From a virus, in IMG/VR virus record IMGVR_UViG_3300032213_001070, positions 1-64,000 of that record: a stretch of DNA of 64,000 bases; one strand, given 5' to 3'. Shown here piece by piece: positions 8,220-18,600 of this stretch. The notes beneath the pieces are model-generated. The model ran no database searches, was not told where the DNA came from, and saw only the letters and a program-made list of their open reading frames with translations. The number at the start of each line of letters is the position of its first letter. Position 1 is the first letter of the stretch. Both the position numbers and the translations under genes were made by a program.

Positions 8220-10600
8220 TGGCTGCAATAACTACTACATATTATACTTTAAATGATTGTTGTACCGGTCAACCTTATATTGTAAATGACCAAATATTAT
8301 GTTTTGTATATACAGGACTTTGTGAACCAGGAACATGTCCTCAGGACTTGTTATCATTAATAATTACTAGTGTATCAAGTGAAGCCACACCAGACTATAT
8401 AACTGGCTGTTTTAACTTAACACAAGTACAATCAGTTCCTCCGGGAGCCTTTACAACTAACTACCTTAATGCTATTGCATCTGTAGAAACTGTATCCATA
8501 TGTGAAGAATGTCAAACTTGTCCGGTTTATTATACTTTAAATGATTGTTGTACAAATCAGCCAATTAATTGGCCACCTAATGAAGGAGGTCTTCAAGGAA
8601 CATTATATTTAGAGTTTGATGGAACATGTTATGAGGGTGAATTTGATAACACACCTTGTCCAAATGATCTTACTAATTTAATAATAACTGAAGTTCTTAA
8701 TGAGGCGCAAGTAAATATAACAGGTTGTTTAAAACTAACTAGCGTTTCAATAACAGAAATTCCAGTTGGTGCTGATATTGATGAATGGGAAAATATTATG
8801 TCAGAGGTATCAACAGTACCTACATGTGCTGAATGTCAAGAGTGTTGTTATAAACTTACTAACTGTGAAACTGATGAAATTATATACAGTAATACTAGCA
8901 CATTAATTCAACATTTTGGTAACACAGTAACTTTAAATGGACAAGAAGGTTGTTGGGAAGTTGGTATATCAGCTGGTAATTGTGATTGTCTAACAGTTAC
9001 TATAACAACTGCTGAAACTTCTGGAAACTATACAGCAAATGCAATAGGCACATATTCTGGATATAATCTATATGAATATCAAATTGGAGAAGAAACTTAT
9101 TATATATGGAGTGTTGCACAAGCAGAAGTATGGTACATAACCCAAGGTGGTTATGGTGAAGATGAAGATTGGCCTTTAATTGCTGAAATTAAATTTAATG
9201 GTGAATGTCCTGATTCAATTACTGAAGGTTTTAGTTGGATCTATTATATATCAGGAGATACTCTGACAACAGAACAATGTCCAGCAGAATGTGATTGTCC
9301 AATACCTGTAACTGTATTACAATCTTTTGAGGATTGTCCATCTTGTTTACCAATAGTAGCTTATAAGTTTACTAACTGTAATAATCAAACTTTAGTACAA
9401 TACAGTACAGAAGATTACTCAGAATATGTTGGTAAAACAGTAGAATTAGAATGTGGTGATTGTTGGTTTGTATCTCAAATAGATTACACACCGCCCTCAA
9501 CTCAGACTATAACTATACTATATACATTTGATTCATGTATTGCATGTAATAGAACTTACTATAAACTTACAGACTGTTTAGATCCTAATAATGTAACTTA
9601 TACTTATACTGATCTGTCAGCCCTTTTTGTTTCAACAGTACAACAAGATTGTACAGAATGTATCAATGTTGCATTCAAATGTAATAATGTTGATTATTCA
9701 TTTGACTTACCAGTTACAGGAACAAATGATGGAAAAAGAAAATTTAGAATTACAAACATAAGTATATGTAATTATGCTAATGCAGATATTGAAATTCTTT
9801 GGGCTCAAGATCCAATACCTCACTGGTCATTTGCAGTTTTAGGTACTGAGATTTCATCAATATCTAATGATACAGAATGTCCTTTTGGTTCATATCCAAA
9901 TTCATCGGCTATAGAAGTTCCTTTTACAAATATTGTAGTTGCCCCCTGTGCTGTTCCTCCTGTAATAAAAATTAAAGGATGTGATAGTTGTTTTACAGTA
10001 GAAGAAACTAGAGAGCCTATTAATGCTGGTATAGTAACTGTAACAGATTCATTTATTGATTGTCCAGAATGCTTAGAAACATTTCCATGTGTATGCAATA
10101 GAATTACAAATCAAGATACTATAGCTAAAGACTTTACATACTTAGATTGTTTATTTGAAGAAGTAACTATTAATCTACAACCAAATGAAACAAGTGATAA
10201 AGTATGTTTAATTAATTGGGTGCTTAGTCCAGAAGAAGAAGCATTAGTATATATTGAACACTTTGGAGACTGTGTAAATGGACAATGTTCAGCAGAGCCT
10301 CTTCCAAAAAGAAAAGTAAAACCAGGATACTCAACACCTTCATGTGATATAGAAAAGTATGAAAAGATTACATGTAAGTCATCAGAGATTTATTACAAGC
10401 AAGTCCTAAGACTTAGATATGGATTATCTAACTGTTGTCCAGAGGATGAAGAAAAATGGTTAGTTAAGAAAGAACTTATTGATCTTGATGCCTTAAGAGA
10501 TCCGGATTATGTATGTCAACCAGTAACAAGCTGTTGTGGACAGACAATTAATACATGTGGGTGCGGATGTAATCAAACACTCAAAACTTGCAATTCTTAA
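8219..10600 (+). CDS. Cys-rich repeat virion protein (putative fibre/spike or decoration)
   Basis: 793 aa; five Y.[LF].[ND]C...C..C repeats. Confidence 0.6.
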   Translation: MAAITTTYYTLNDCCTGQPYIVNDQILCFVYTGLCEPGTCPQDLLSLIITSVSSEATPDYITGCFNLTQVQSVPPGAFTTNYLNAIASVETVSICEECQTCPVYYTLNDCCTNQPINWPPNEGGLQGTLYLEFDGTCYEGEFDNTPCPNDLTNLIITEVLNEAQVNITGCLKLTSVSITEIPVGADIDEWENIMSEVSTVPTCAECQECCYKLTNCETDEIIYSNTSTLIQHFGNTVTLNGQEGCWEVGISAGNCDCLTVTITTAETSGNYTANAIGTYSGYNLYEYQIGEETYYIWSVAQAEVWYITQGGYGEDEDWPLIAEIKFNGECPDSITEGFSWIYYISGDTLTTEQCPAECDCPIPVTVLQSFEDCPSCLPIVAYKFTNCNNQTLVQYSTEDYSEYVGKTVELECGDCWFVSQIDYTPPSTQTITILYTFDSCIACNRTYYKLTDCLDPNNVTYTYTDLSALFVSTVQQDCTECINVAFKCNNVDYSFDLPVTGTNDGKRKFRITNISICNYANADIEILWAQDPIPHWSFAVLGTEISSISNDTECPFGSYPNSSAIEVPFTNIVVAPCAVPPVIKIKGCDSCFTVEETREPINAGIVTVTDSFIDCPECLETFPCVCNRITNQDTIAKDFTYLDCLFEEVTINLQPNETSDKVCLINWVLSPEEEALVYIEHFGDCVNGQCSAEPLPKRKVKPGYSTPSCDIEKYEKITCKSSEIYYKQVLRLRYGLSNCCPEDEEKWLVKKELIDLDALRDPDYVCQPVTSCCGQTINTCGCGCNQTLKTCNS
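8240..8553 (+). repeat. 26-bp perfect direct repeat (8240-8265, 8528-8553) marking an in-frame domain duplication
   Basis: TATTATACTTTAAATGATTGTTGTAC twice, 288 nt (96 codons) apart, encoding YYTLNDCCT. Confidence 0.9.
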
Positions 10601-10621
10601 TAATAATTAGTATATTATAAT

Positions 10622-12316
10622 ATGAGACCTTTAAACTTAGATAACAGACCATGCAGCCCAATATCAAGTAACTGTGTTATTTGGCAAGGTCCAGACATTC
10701 CATGTATTAAATTATGTACAGGAGATACAGTATCTGATATAATAGCAAGCTTAGGTGCTGAGTTATGTACAATAATGGATCAGTTAAAAGTAAGTAACTA
10801 TGATCTATCTTGTCTTAACTTAACTGCTTGTCCTCCAGAAGATTTCCAAGCTTTAATTCAATTATTGATAAATAAGATTTGTGAACTTAATGGTATACCA
10901 GCAGGTGAAGAAAAAGCTGCTGGATGTCCAGATTGTGTTGTATCTGTAGCACCTTGTTTTGTTGAAGGTAATCAAACTACTATGCAATTAATTGATTATG
11001 TTCAAATGATTGCAAATAGAATATGTGATATATTAGATCAGATAGATGTAATAAATAATCAAATTACAAATCTAGATAATAGAGTTACTGTATTAGAAAA
11101 CACACCTCCACCAACATTTACTTTACCAAGTATTGATACAAATTGTTTGGCAAATTACATGCCAATACCAGGTACTACATCTGCTCCAATAGATCAAGTT
11201 CTTGATGCATTGTTAAGTAATAGTACAAATGGTTACTGTTCACTTATTGAAGCTACAGGGCTACCGGCAGATTTAGCTAGTGCTGTTATAAGTCAATGTA
11301 TTGATTCAACAGATTTATCTTTAAAATCAGAATCAGAAGGAGATTCACCTGTACAAACAATGGCTCAAGAATATTTTGGTTCATGGATTAATACTCCAAC
11401 AACTGTAGGAGATGCTATTACTAATCTTTGGATTTCATTATGTGATATGTATAATTATTTAATAAACGGTTTTCCAAAAACAGTTGTAGCAGCAGGTACA
11501 AATGTTACTGTAACTTCTTCTGTAGTTGGTGCTGTCACTACATATACTGTAAATGCCGATGATCCTTATGATAGTGGTTGGAAAGATATTCCATTTTATG
11601 ATGCTATAAAAGGATACGGACTTGCACCATTAACTGTAGCCGGACCCAAAATTAGAATTGTAGGAAGAGTAGTGACAATTAATGGTTTATATCCATTACC
11701 CTTAGCAACAAATAATACAGGTCTGACTTTGGTAAATAATGTTACTAGTTGGACAACAACAAACTCTCCATATATATTTAGAGGATCTAATGGAGGTTAT
11801 GAAAAACTTGCTACAACTGCAAGAATGGAATCTATTAATCCGATCTTACCAACTGTATTAAGACCGGATATATTTCATTATTTAAATTCTGTAGCACATT
11901 TAATGTACCGCTCATTGCAAGTTGATCCAGCAGGAGCTCCTCCAGAACTGAGACCGATTTTGCAAGCATTTTGTCCATATTTTTATATTACACCTGCTGG
12001 TAAATTTGGATTTGGAACAGCAGAAGAAAGAGAAGGATTTGGTGATGTATCTCTTGGTTTCCCAGGACAATTAGCTGAATCATGTTCAATATATACAGCA
12101 GGAGATTTTGTACCTAACTATGCAGCATATGGTTCAGGTTATACAGGTGCTGTAAATAATAGAACAAGTCCTGCTAGTGTATATGAAATTCCATTTGATG
12201 TTGATACAAGAGATGGATATCAGCTTGGAGGATTTTATGCTTACTTTAATAATAGATATCATTTAAGTAAAACAACACCTATGCAAGATATTATTGACGC
12301 ATTTAATAATTTATAA
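10622..12316 (+). CDS. Putative tail fibre / receptor-binding protein
   Basis: 564 aa; Cys-rich N-terminus, a coiled coil (INNQITNLDNRVTVLE), and a C-terminal DSGWKDI...RIVGRVVTING fibre-tip-like region. Confidence 0.55.
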   Translation: MRPLNLDNRPCSPISSNCVIWQGPDIPCIKLCTGDTVSDIIASLGAELCTIMDQLKVSNYDLSCLNLTACPPEDFQALIQLLINKICELNGIPAGEEKAAGCPDCVVSVAPCFVEGNQTTMQLIDYVQMIANRICDILDQIDVINNQITNLDNRVTVLENTPPPTFTLPSIDTNCLANYMPIPGTTSAPIDQVLDALLSNSTNGYCSLIEATGLPADLASAVISQCIDSTDLSLKSESEGDSPVQTMAQEYFGSWINTPTTVGDAITNLWISLCDMYNYLINGFPKTVVAAGTNVTVTSSVVGAVTTYTVNADDPYDSGWKDIPFYDAIKGYGLAPLTVAGPKIRIVGRVVTINGLYPLPLATNNTGLTLVNNVTSWTTTNSPYIFRGSNGGYEKLATTARMESINPILPTVLRPDIFHYLNSVAHLMYRSLQVDPAGAPPELRPILQAFCPYFYITPAGKFGFGTAEEREGFGDVSLGFPGQLAESCSIYTAGDFVPNYAAYGSGYTGAVNNRTSPASVYEIPFDVDTRDGYQLGGFYAYFNNRYHLSKTTPMQDIIDAFNNL

Positions 12317-12317
12317 T

Positions 12318-13223
12318 ATGGCAACAACAAATACATGTAAAAAATGCGGATGTGAGGATAGCTTTATGCCAAGTCCTGCTCCATGTCCTACTCCGATAGG
12401 ATGTCCTACACCACAACCTTGTTCTGAAGTATTTGATGCACAGTGTGTAATATATAATGGTGCAGACATTATTTGTAATGAACAGATTGTTTTAGCACAA
12501 GGTACTACAGTTGCACAAGCTTTAACAGATTTGATTACATACATTCAAACACTTACTAATACTAAATGTGATCCACTTACATGTGTAAATGCTTATGACT
12601 ACCTGACTGAATATTCTTTAGAAAATGCAGGACCGATTGTATCTCCAGCAAATGTTTTTGATTTAGCTTTAGATACAGGAATAATAATTCCAATTGATGA
12701 AAACTCAGTTTGTTGTCCTAAGTGTGGACCTTATGTGCTTGCTTCAGTAGAAACATTTTTAAAATTTGCTGATGCATGGTGTATTACTGATGGCCTAGCT
12801 TGTGCAGTAAGCTGCTGTATAAATGTATATGCAGGTACAATAACATATGAACAATATATAGATGCTATGGGTCAAGAGTACACATGTCAAAATGGATTTG
12901 CTCAAGAAACACTTGCATTAACTAGTTTATTTACAACACCAGCAGATCAACAAAGAATACTAGATAAAGGTATTGTTGAACATGGAAGTTTAAATGAAGA
13001 TTTAACATCTAACATATCTAACTTAACAACAATGATTCAAGCATTTTTTGCTTCAGAATATAATGAGAGTAGTCTTAGTGAAATACTTGATAGAATATTA
13101 GATAAAGGTTTGGTAGTTTACTGTACAGCTGATAATGTTATTATAGCTTCAGTTGAAACATTTTTATCATACAGTGATAATGTAGGTATTATACCAAGAC
13201 CTTGCTGTACACCACTAGCTTAA
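12318..13223 (+). CDS. Cys-rich virion protein (start probably MATTNTC at 12318)
   Basis: Shares the N-terminal C.....CVI[YW].G.DI.C motif with the upstream gene; internal ASVETFL and ILDKG repeats. Confidence 0.6.
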   Translation: MATTNTCKKCGCEDSFMPSPAPCPTPIGCPTPQPCSEVFDAQCVIYNGADIICNEQIVLAQGTTVAQALTDLITYIQTLTNTKCDPLTCVNAYDYLTEYSLENAGPIVSPANVFDLALDTGIIIPIDENSVCCPKCGPYVLASVETFLKFADAWCITDGLACAVSCCINVYAGTITYEQYIDAMGQEYTCQNGFAQETLALTSLFTTPADQQRILDKGIVEHGSLNEDLTSNISNLTTMIQAFFASEYNESSLSEILDRILDKGLVVYCTADNVIIASVETFLSYSDNVGIIPRPCCTPLA

Positions 13224-13262
13224 AGAAGTTGCAGGTTTGTTGGTTTCTGTAACAACAAAGGC

Positions 13263-13295
13263 AAAGCCCTCACACTTGTGGGGGTTTTGTTTTTT
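13263..13295 (+). terminator. Rho-independent terminator ending the Cys-rich operon
   Basis: AAAGCCCTCACA / TGTGGGGGTTTT stem followed by Ts. Confidence 0.8.
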
Positions 13296-13335
13296 ACTTA
13301 CATTTGTTAAAGTCATTTATTTTTAGTATATTAAT

Positions 13336-13917
13336 ATGAAGGAATTTAAGAAACCAAATGTTAAAGCACCAAGGTTCAGACCTAGTGTGTATAACTTACT
13401 TAATAAAGAGTTCTTTGAAAGTTTTAGAGAAAGATACCCAAAGTATAAAGATCTTGATGATGATCAGTTAAAAAACATAATTAAACTATTTAATCAGATC
13501 ATGTGGCAAAATGTAATTGACAATAGAGACGGAGTCCAAATACCAGAACAAATTGGTTGGTTATTTATAGGATCATGTCCAGCAAGTAAAAAGAATAATA
13601 TAGATTTTGCTAAGTCAAAACAATATGGAGTAACTGTTACTAATAAGAATTGGGCTACAGATGGTAAACTAGCTAAAATATTCTTTTCAAACTTTGCACC
13701 AAAACATAAGATAAGAAATAGAGAGTTTTGGATGTTTGTAGCTTGTAGAGATTTTAAGAGAGCTGTTGCAAAGTCATATCCAGAAAATTGGCAAATGTAT
13801 ATTGCAGCAGATCCAAAGAAGCAAGCTAGATTACTTTATACAAAATCTGAATACAAGGATATAAAAAGAAAAGAACAAGCTAAAACTTTAGAAACATATA
13901 ATGAATTTGAACTATGA
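13336..13917 (+). CDS. IHF/HU-like protein of the crAss-like tail block
   Basis: 193 aa; helix-helix then GVQIPEQIGWLFI beta-hairpin; occupies the IHF-like position before the tail genes. Confidence 0.5.
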   Translation: MKEFKKPNVKAPRFRPSVYNLLNKEFFESFRERYPKYKDLDDDQLKNIIKLFNQIMWQNVIDNRDGVQIPEQIGWLFIGSCPASKKNNIDFAKSKQYGVTVTNKNWATDGKLAKIFFSNFAPKHKIRNREFWMFVACRDFKRAVAKSYPENWQMYIAADPKKQARLLYTKSEYKDIKRKEQAKTLETYNEFEL

Positions 13918-14579
13918 CAACAATTGGTGAAGCTATATCAAGAGTTAGAAATACACTAAAAGCTGTTAAGGAAGATCCATTCTTAACAGATAGGACTATA
14001 TATTTCTCTCTTCAAAAATATGCTCAAACTCTTATTAAGAGAGAAGATAATCAATTCAGACTTATGAAGATGAGTCAGATCTTTAAAGTATTACCTTATG
14101 TAGAACTTATTGATGTTGATAGAGTAGAAGCTGGTTGTATTGGAGTATATTCAGAATGTTATTTTAAAAGATCTAAAGAAAAACTACCTACCATACTTAA
14201 TGGTATGTTTGGTCCTATTATCCGTACAGTATCTTCTATAGATGGATCTATAGAGATGTTTAGAACAGATCCGGGTACTTGGGTTTCTATAACTAAATCA
14301 ACTACATTTAAATATAACAAAAGACCATATTTCTGGTTTATAAATGGATATCTCTACTGTCCTAATGTAGACTGGGATGCAATAAGAGTAGAAGCAATAT
14401 TTGAAGGAGTATTAGATACATGTGATACAAAAGATCAATGTTTAATAAGACAAGATGATCCTTTTGTTTTACCAGAATATTTATTCTCAGAAGTAGAGCA
14501 ATTTGTAGTAAAAGAATTAACTATGTCTATGTCAGTTCCAACAGATGGTCCTGATGATAGTCAAAACGCACTTAGATAA
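13914..14579 (+). CDS. Tail ring/tubular protein
   Basis: 221 aa; ATGA overlap; C-terminal DDPFVLPEYL pattern; gene order. Confidence 0.55.
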   Translation: MTTIGEAISRVRNTLKAVKEDPFLTDRTIYFSLQKYAQTLIKREDNQFRLMKMSQIFKVLPYVELIDVDRVEAGCIGVYSECYFKRSKEKLPTILNGMFGPIIRTVSSIDGSIEMFRTDPGTWVSITKSTTFKYNKRPYFWFINGYLYCPNVDWDAIRVEAIFEGVLDTCDTKDQCLIRQDDPFVLPEYLFSEVEQFVVKELTMSMSVPTDGPDDSQNALR

Positions 14580-15613
14580 TGGATTTTAATTACACACTCC
14601 GCTATAGAACATTTGATCAACTCTTAGAAGATGTAACAATTGATCTAAACACATTTGCTCTAGAAAATATGATAGAGCCTCAGCAGCTTATTAAATTAGT
14701 TAGAAAACTAAACTATGAGCTTGGTCTTAGAATCAATCAACAGAAAGAAGTTGTTCTAGAGATATGTCATGGTAATGTAAAACTGCCAGATGATTTTAAT
14801 GTATGGAACTATGCTTTGGTATGTTCTGAAGTAACTGAACATGTTGGTTATGATATGGGCGGTACTAATATTCAAGAAGTACCCTACAAAGAAGTACCTA
14901 GCACTGTAAATACTTGTGCTCCTGATACAGTTAATTGTAGAACATGTAATTCTAATCCATGTAATAAAACTGCAGCATGTGATCTTAATCATCCTATAGT
15001 AGATCCTATACCTACAGAGTATGATCCTAATAATCCTTATGGTAATACCTGTATTGCTCCTAGAGTATTCATGAACTGTAAGAATGAAAAGTATGAATTA
15101 ATACAAGTAATTAATCCAGCTGTTACAAGAATCTATAGATCTCTTACTCCATTGAGAATGAAAAGAAGTCAAGAGATAGAATGTGATTGTCCTAATCTGT
15201 ATTATAACACACTTGATCAAGGGTGGTTAAAGAATGGATATTTATTTACTACATTCCAAACCGGAAAAGTATATGTTAATTATATGGGTGAGTTAGAAGA
15301 TGAGAATGGAAACTTAATGGTTCCTGACCATCCATTAATTAATGAATACTATGAGTATGCTCTTAAGAAAAGAATTATAGAAAACTTAGCTCTTAATGGA
15401 GAGGATGTAGCACAAAGACTTAACATAATTATACCTGATTATAAAGCTGCTAGAAACAATGCATTAAGTCTCGTTAATACACCAAACTTCAGAGAAATGG
15501 AAGAACTATGGTGGCAGAATAGAAGAGCTCAGTATGCTAAGTATTATGATATGTTTAAATCATATCAAAGAGGAAATTATTCAAGAACTTGGAATGATAA
15601 TAGAGTAATCTAA
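14579..15613 (+). CDS. Tail ring/tubular protein with Cys-rich insertion
   Basis: 344 aa; V.LP.D and DENG.LM.PD motifs of crAss tail tubular proteins. Confidence 0.55.
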   Translation: MDFNYTLRYRTFDQLLEDVTIDLNTFALENMIEPQQLIKLVRKLNYELGLRINQQKEVVLEICHGNVKLPDDFNVWNYALVCSEVTEHVGYDMGGTNIQEVPYKEVPSTVNTCAPDTVNCRTCNSNPCNKTAACDLNHPIVDPIPTEYDPNNPYGNTCIAPRVFMNCKNEKYELIQVINPAVTRIYRSLTPLRMKRSQEIECDCPNLYYNTLDQGWLKNGYLFTTFQTGKVYVNYMGELEDENGNLMVPDHPLINEYYEYALKKRIIENLALNGEDVAQRLNIIIPDYKAARNNALSLVNTPNFREMEELWWQNRRAQYAKYYDMFKSYQRGNYSRTWNDNRVI

Positions 15614-18600
15614 TGGCTAAGAGTAACATTCAAAATACAACAGATAATCAAACTAAATCATTTGTTAAAGGTCTTAACAAAGATTCAGAACCTTCATATA
15701 TAACTGATGGTATGTGGACACATGCTGTTAATGCAATGAATAATACAGCTGAAGGTGATGTAGGTACTTTATCAAATGAGAACTCAAATTTTTTATGCGC
15801 TACTGCTGGTGATACAATGCCTGCAATTATTACACACAAATATATTGTAGGAGCTATACAAATATTTTCAGATAAGTGGGCAATATTTACCGCAGGTCAT
15901 AATGCACAGGGACAACCTGTTATGTCTGAGGTTGGTTTATTTGAAGAAGATGTATGTAGATATAGACCTATTGTTCAAGATATCTGTTTAAGATTTGATA
16001 AAAGATATCTTATCTCTGGATCAGCTAGAGAAAAAGAAGATTGTACTTGGCAAGTATATTGGGCAGATGGTAATAATCCAGATAGGTATTTAAATATTGG
16101 TGATCCAAAAACATGGCCAGGACCAGATTATAGTTGGTTAGGCGGTGGTGCATCTAGTATGAACTACTATTCTAATGGTACAGTAATAGATTTTTTATGG
16201 CCTGGGGTAGCATGGAATGAAGTAGCACAAACAGTAAATAACTGTACTACATTTATAAAACAAAACTCTCTTGATTGTGATCAAACAAGGTTAGCAAGAT
16301 TAATGAAGACACCATGTCTTAAGTTAACTAGAGGTCAGCAAGGGGGGACAATGGCAAATGGAACTTACTTTGCAGTTATAGCTTATACCATAAAGGGTCA
16401 AAAAGTAACAGATTATTTTGCTCCTAGTAACAATCAGTTTTTATTTACCCCAAATGATCTTGAGAGTTCATTAACACTTGAAGTATCAGCAGACTTTGAA
16501 AACTTTGATGAGTTTGTATTAGTTATGGTGCAAAATATAAATCAAGGTACAGTTGCAAAACAAATTGGATTTTATTCTACTAGAACAAGTGTAATTGCAC
16601 TTGATCAAATTGACCCAAGTCTGGTAACTATCCCAATAGAGCAGTTACCTATTCAGACACCGGTTTTTGAAAAGTCGGATCAAATGACTGATGTAAATAA
16701 CTATTTACTCAGAGTAGGGCCTACATCAAAGTTTGATTTTAACTATCAACCGCTTGCTAATCTTATTAGAGCCAAGTGGGCTTCAGTAGAATATCCAGCA
16801 GACTATTATATGAATGGAGGTAGTAATACTAATTATCTTAGAGATGAGGTATATGCTTTCTTTATACGTTGGGTATATGACACTGGGGATAAATCTGCAT
16901 CATATCATATTCCGGGAAGAGCTCCTAATCCAACTGGCTTTACTATTCCGGGTACATCAACTGTAGTAGCAGAAACACAAGATATTAATGTAGCCAACGC
17001 ATTAGCTACAGATGATAGAGCATTTGAAGTTTATAATACTGCATATTCTACAGCTAGTATATATACAGGAACAACACTTGCTGATGGAGGTGTAGTTATT
17101 GGTGCCGGAGATATGGGCTATTGGGAATCTACTGAAGTGTACCCAGATGACAGACCTGATATATGGAATTCAAGTTATTATTGTTGGACAACACCAGCTG
17201 GTCAAAGTCCGCAGCATGATTTATGTGGTCAACCTATAAGACATCATAAGTTTCCAGAAAACTTTTTAAATAATAGTTCTAGTACTGTTACAACACATTT
17301 TAGAAATAACGCAAACCCTTCTACTATTGGTAATGATTATTTCATAAGACTAATGGGTGTATACTTTGAGAATATAATATTACCTAAAGACCAAGATGGT
17401 AATGATATACCAGGTATAGTTGGTTATGAAATCCTTAGAGGTTCAAGAGAAGGTAACAAGACAATAGTTGCTAAAGGTATGCTAAATAACTTTAGAACTT
17501 ATGATATAAAAGGATCGGCTGCAAAAGGAAGAACAGGTTTATATGCTAACTATCCTTTTAATACAATTGAACCCATAGGACCTAATGCAGGTGATATGGT
17601 GGGAGTTGATGATCCTTATTTTCACAATATGGCTCAAAGCATTCCAACTGATATCATATCTTTTCATTCACCTGATACAATGTTTAGAACTCCGTTCTTA
17701 AATACAACAGAGTTAAAATTATATGGTAACTTATTTGGATACAGTACACAGCAATTTATAGAACCAGATAAACATCCTAAGTTTAAACTATTAGGTGATG
17801 CTGCTTTATTTCCTATGTTTCTTTTGGGTATTGCTGAAGCAATCATTTCCGCAACAGGTAAAAGAACATATGACTTACCTGCAATTGCTCCTGCTAGTGG
17901 TGTAAGTGATGCATTTGGAGCTGTTCCTGCTGCATATGTTACTGCAGCAACAGCATTAGGACTACCTGTTACGGGTCCATTAGCTATTTATAATACTTTT
18001 TTAGATACATACTATGCTTCAGGAGTTGCATTAGCCGATGCAGGTTTGGCTATAATAGGTGCTCCAACAGCAGCAGGTTTAGCTGAAGCAGCATTAGTTA
18101 ATGCTCTTAATGTATCTGCAATAGCACAAGTAAATGCTCCTATAGTTCAAACAGGTACTATTGAGTTTCCAAAGTATGCATATCTACCAACACCACTTAG
18201 AGCTTTAGGTGCAGTTAATCAGCTAATCTTTTATTTTTCAGAAGGTGCAAGTGTTGTTTTAGATTTAATGTATGCTTTAGGACCATATAGACAATATGCA
18301 TTACAACAAATAGCCCATGGATTTTATAGCAGTATAAATAGAAATGCTGTTAATGATTTATTTAGATTTAAGATTGAAGAAAGTTTCTATATGAGAGACA
18401 ATATTCAAGAAGTATCAAGATATCAAGATGCTATATCTGGACTATATAAATCTTATAGTATTAATAATCTTAAAAGACCTGACTCAGTTGTAATAAGAAC
18501 CAAGACAGGTCCTTACTTTGCTCCAGCTTACCCAAATGGTATAAACATAGGACCAAGTTTATTAAATACAGATAAATCTCTTGTAACTTTAGGTACTGTT

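Noticed and set aside
12294-12317. ORF-track start at 12294
   Set aside because: It overlaps the upstream gene; the ATG at 12318, right after the stop with an A/T-rich context, fits the coupling pattern better.
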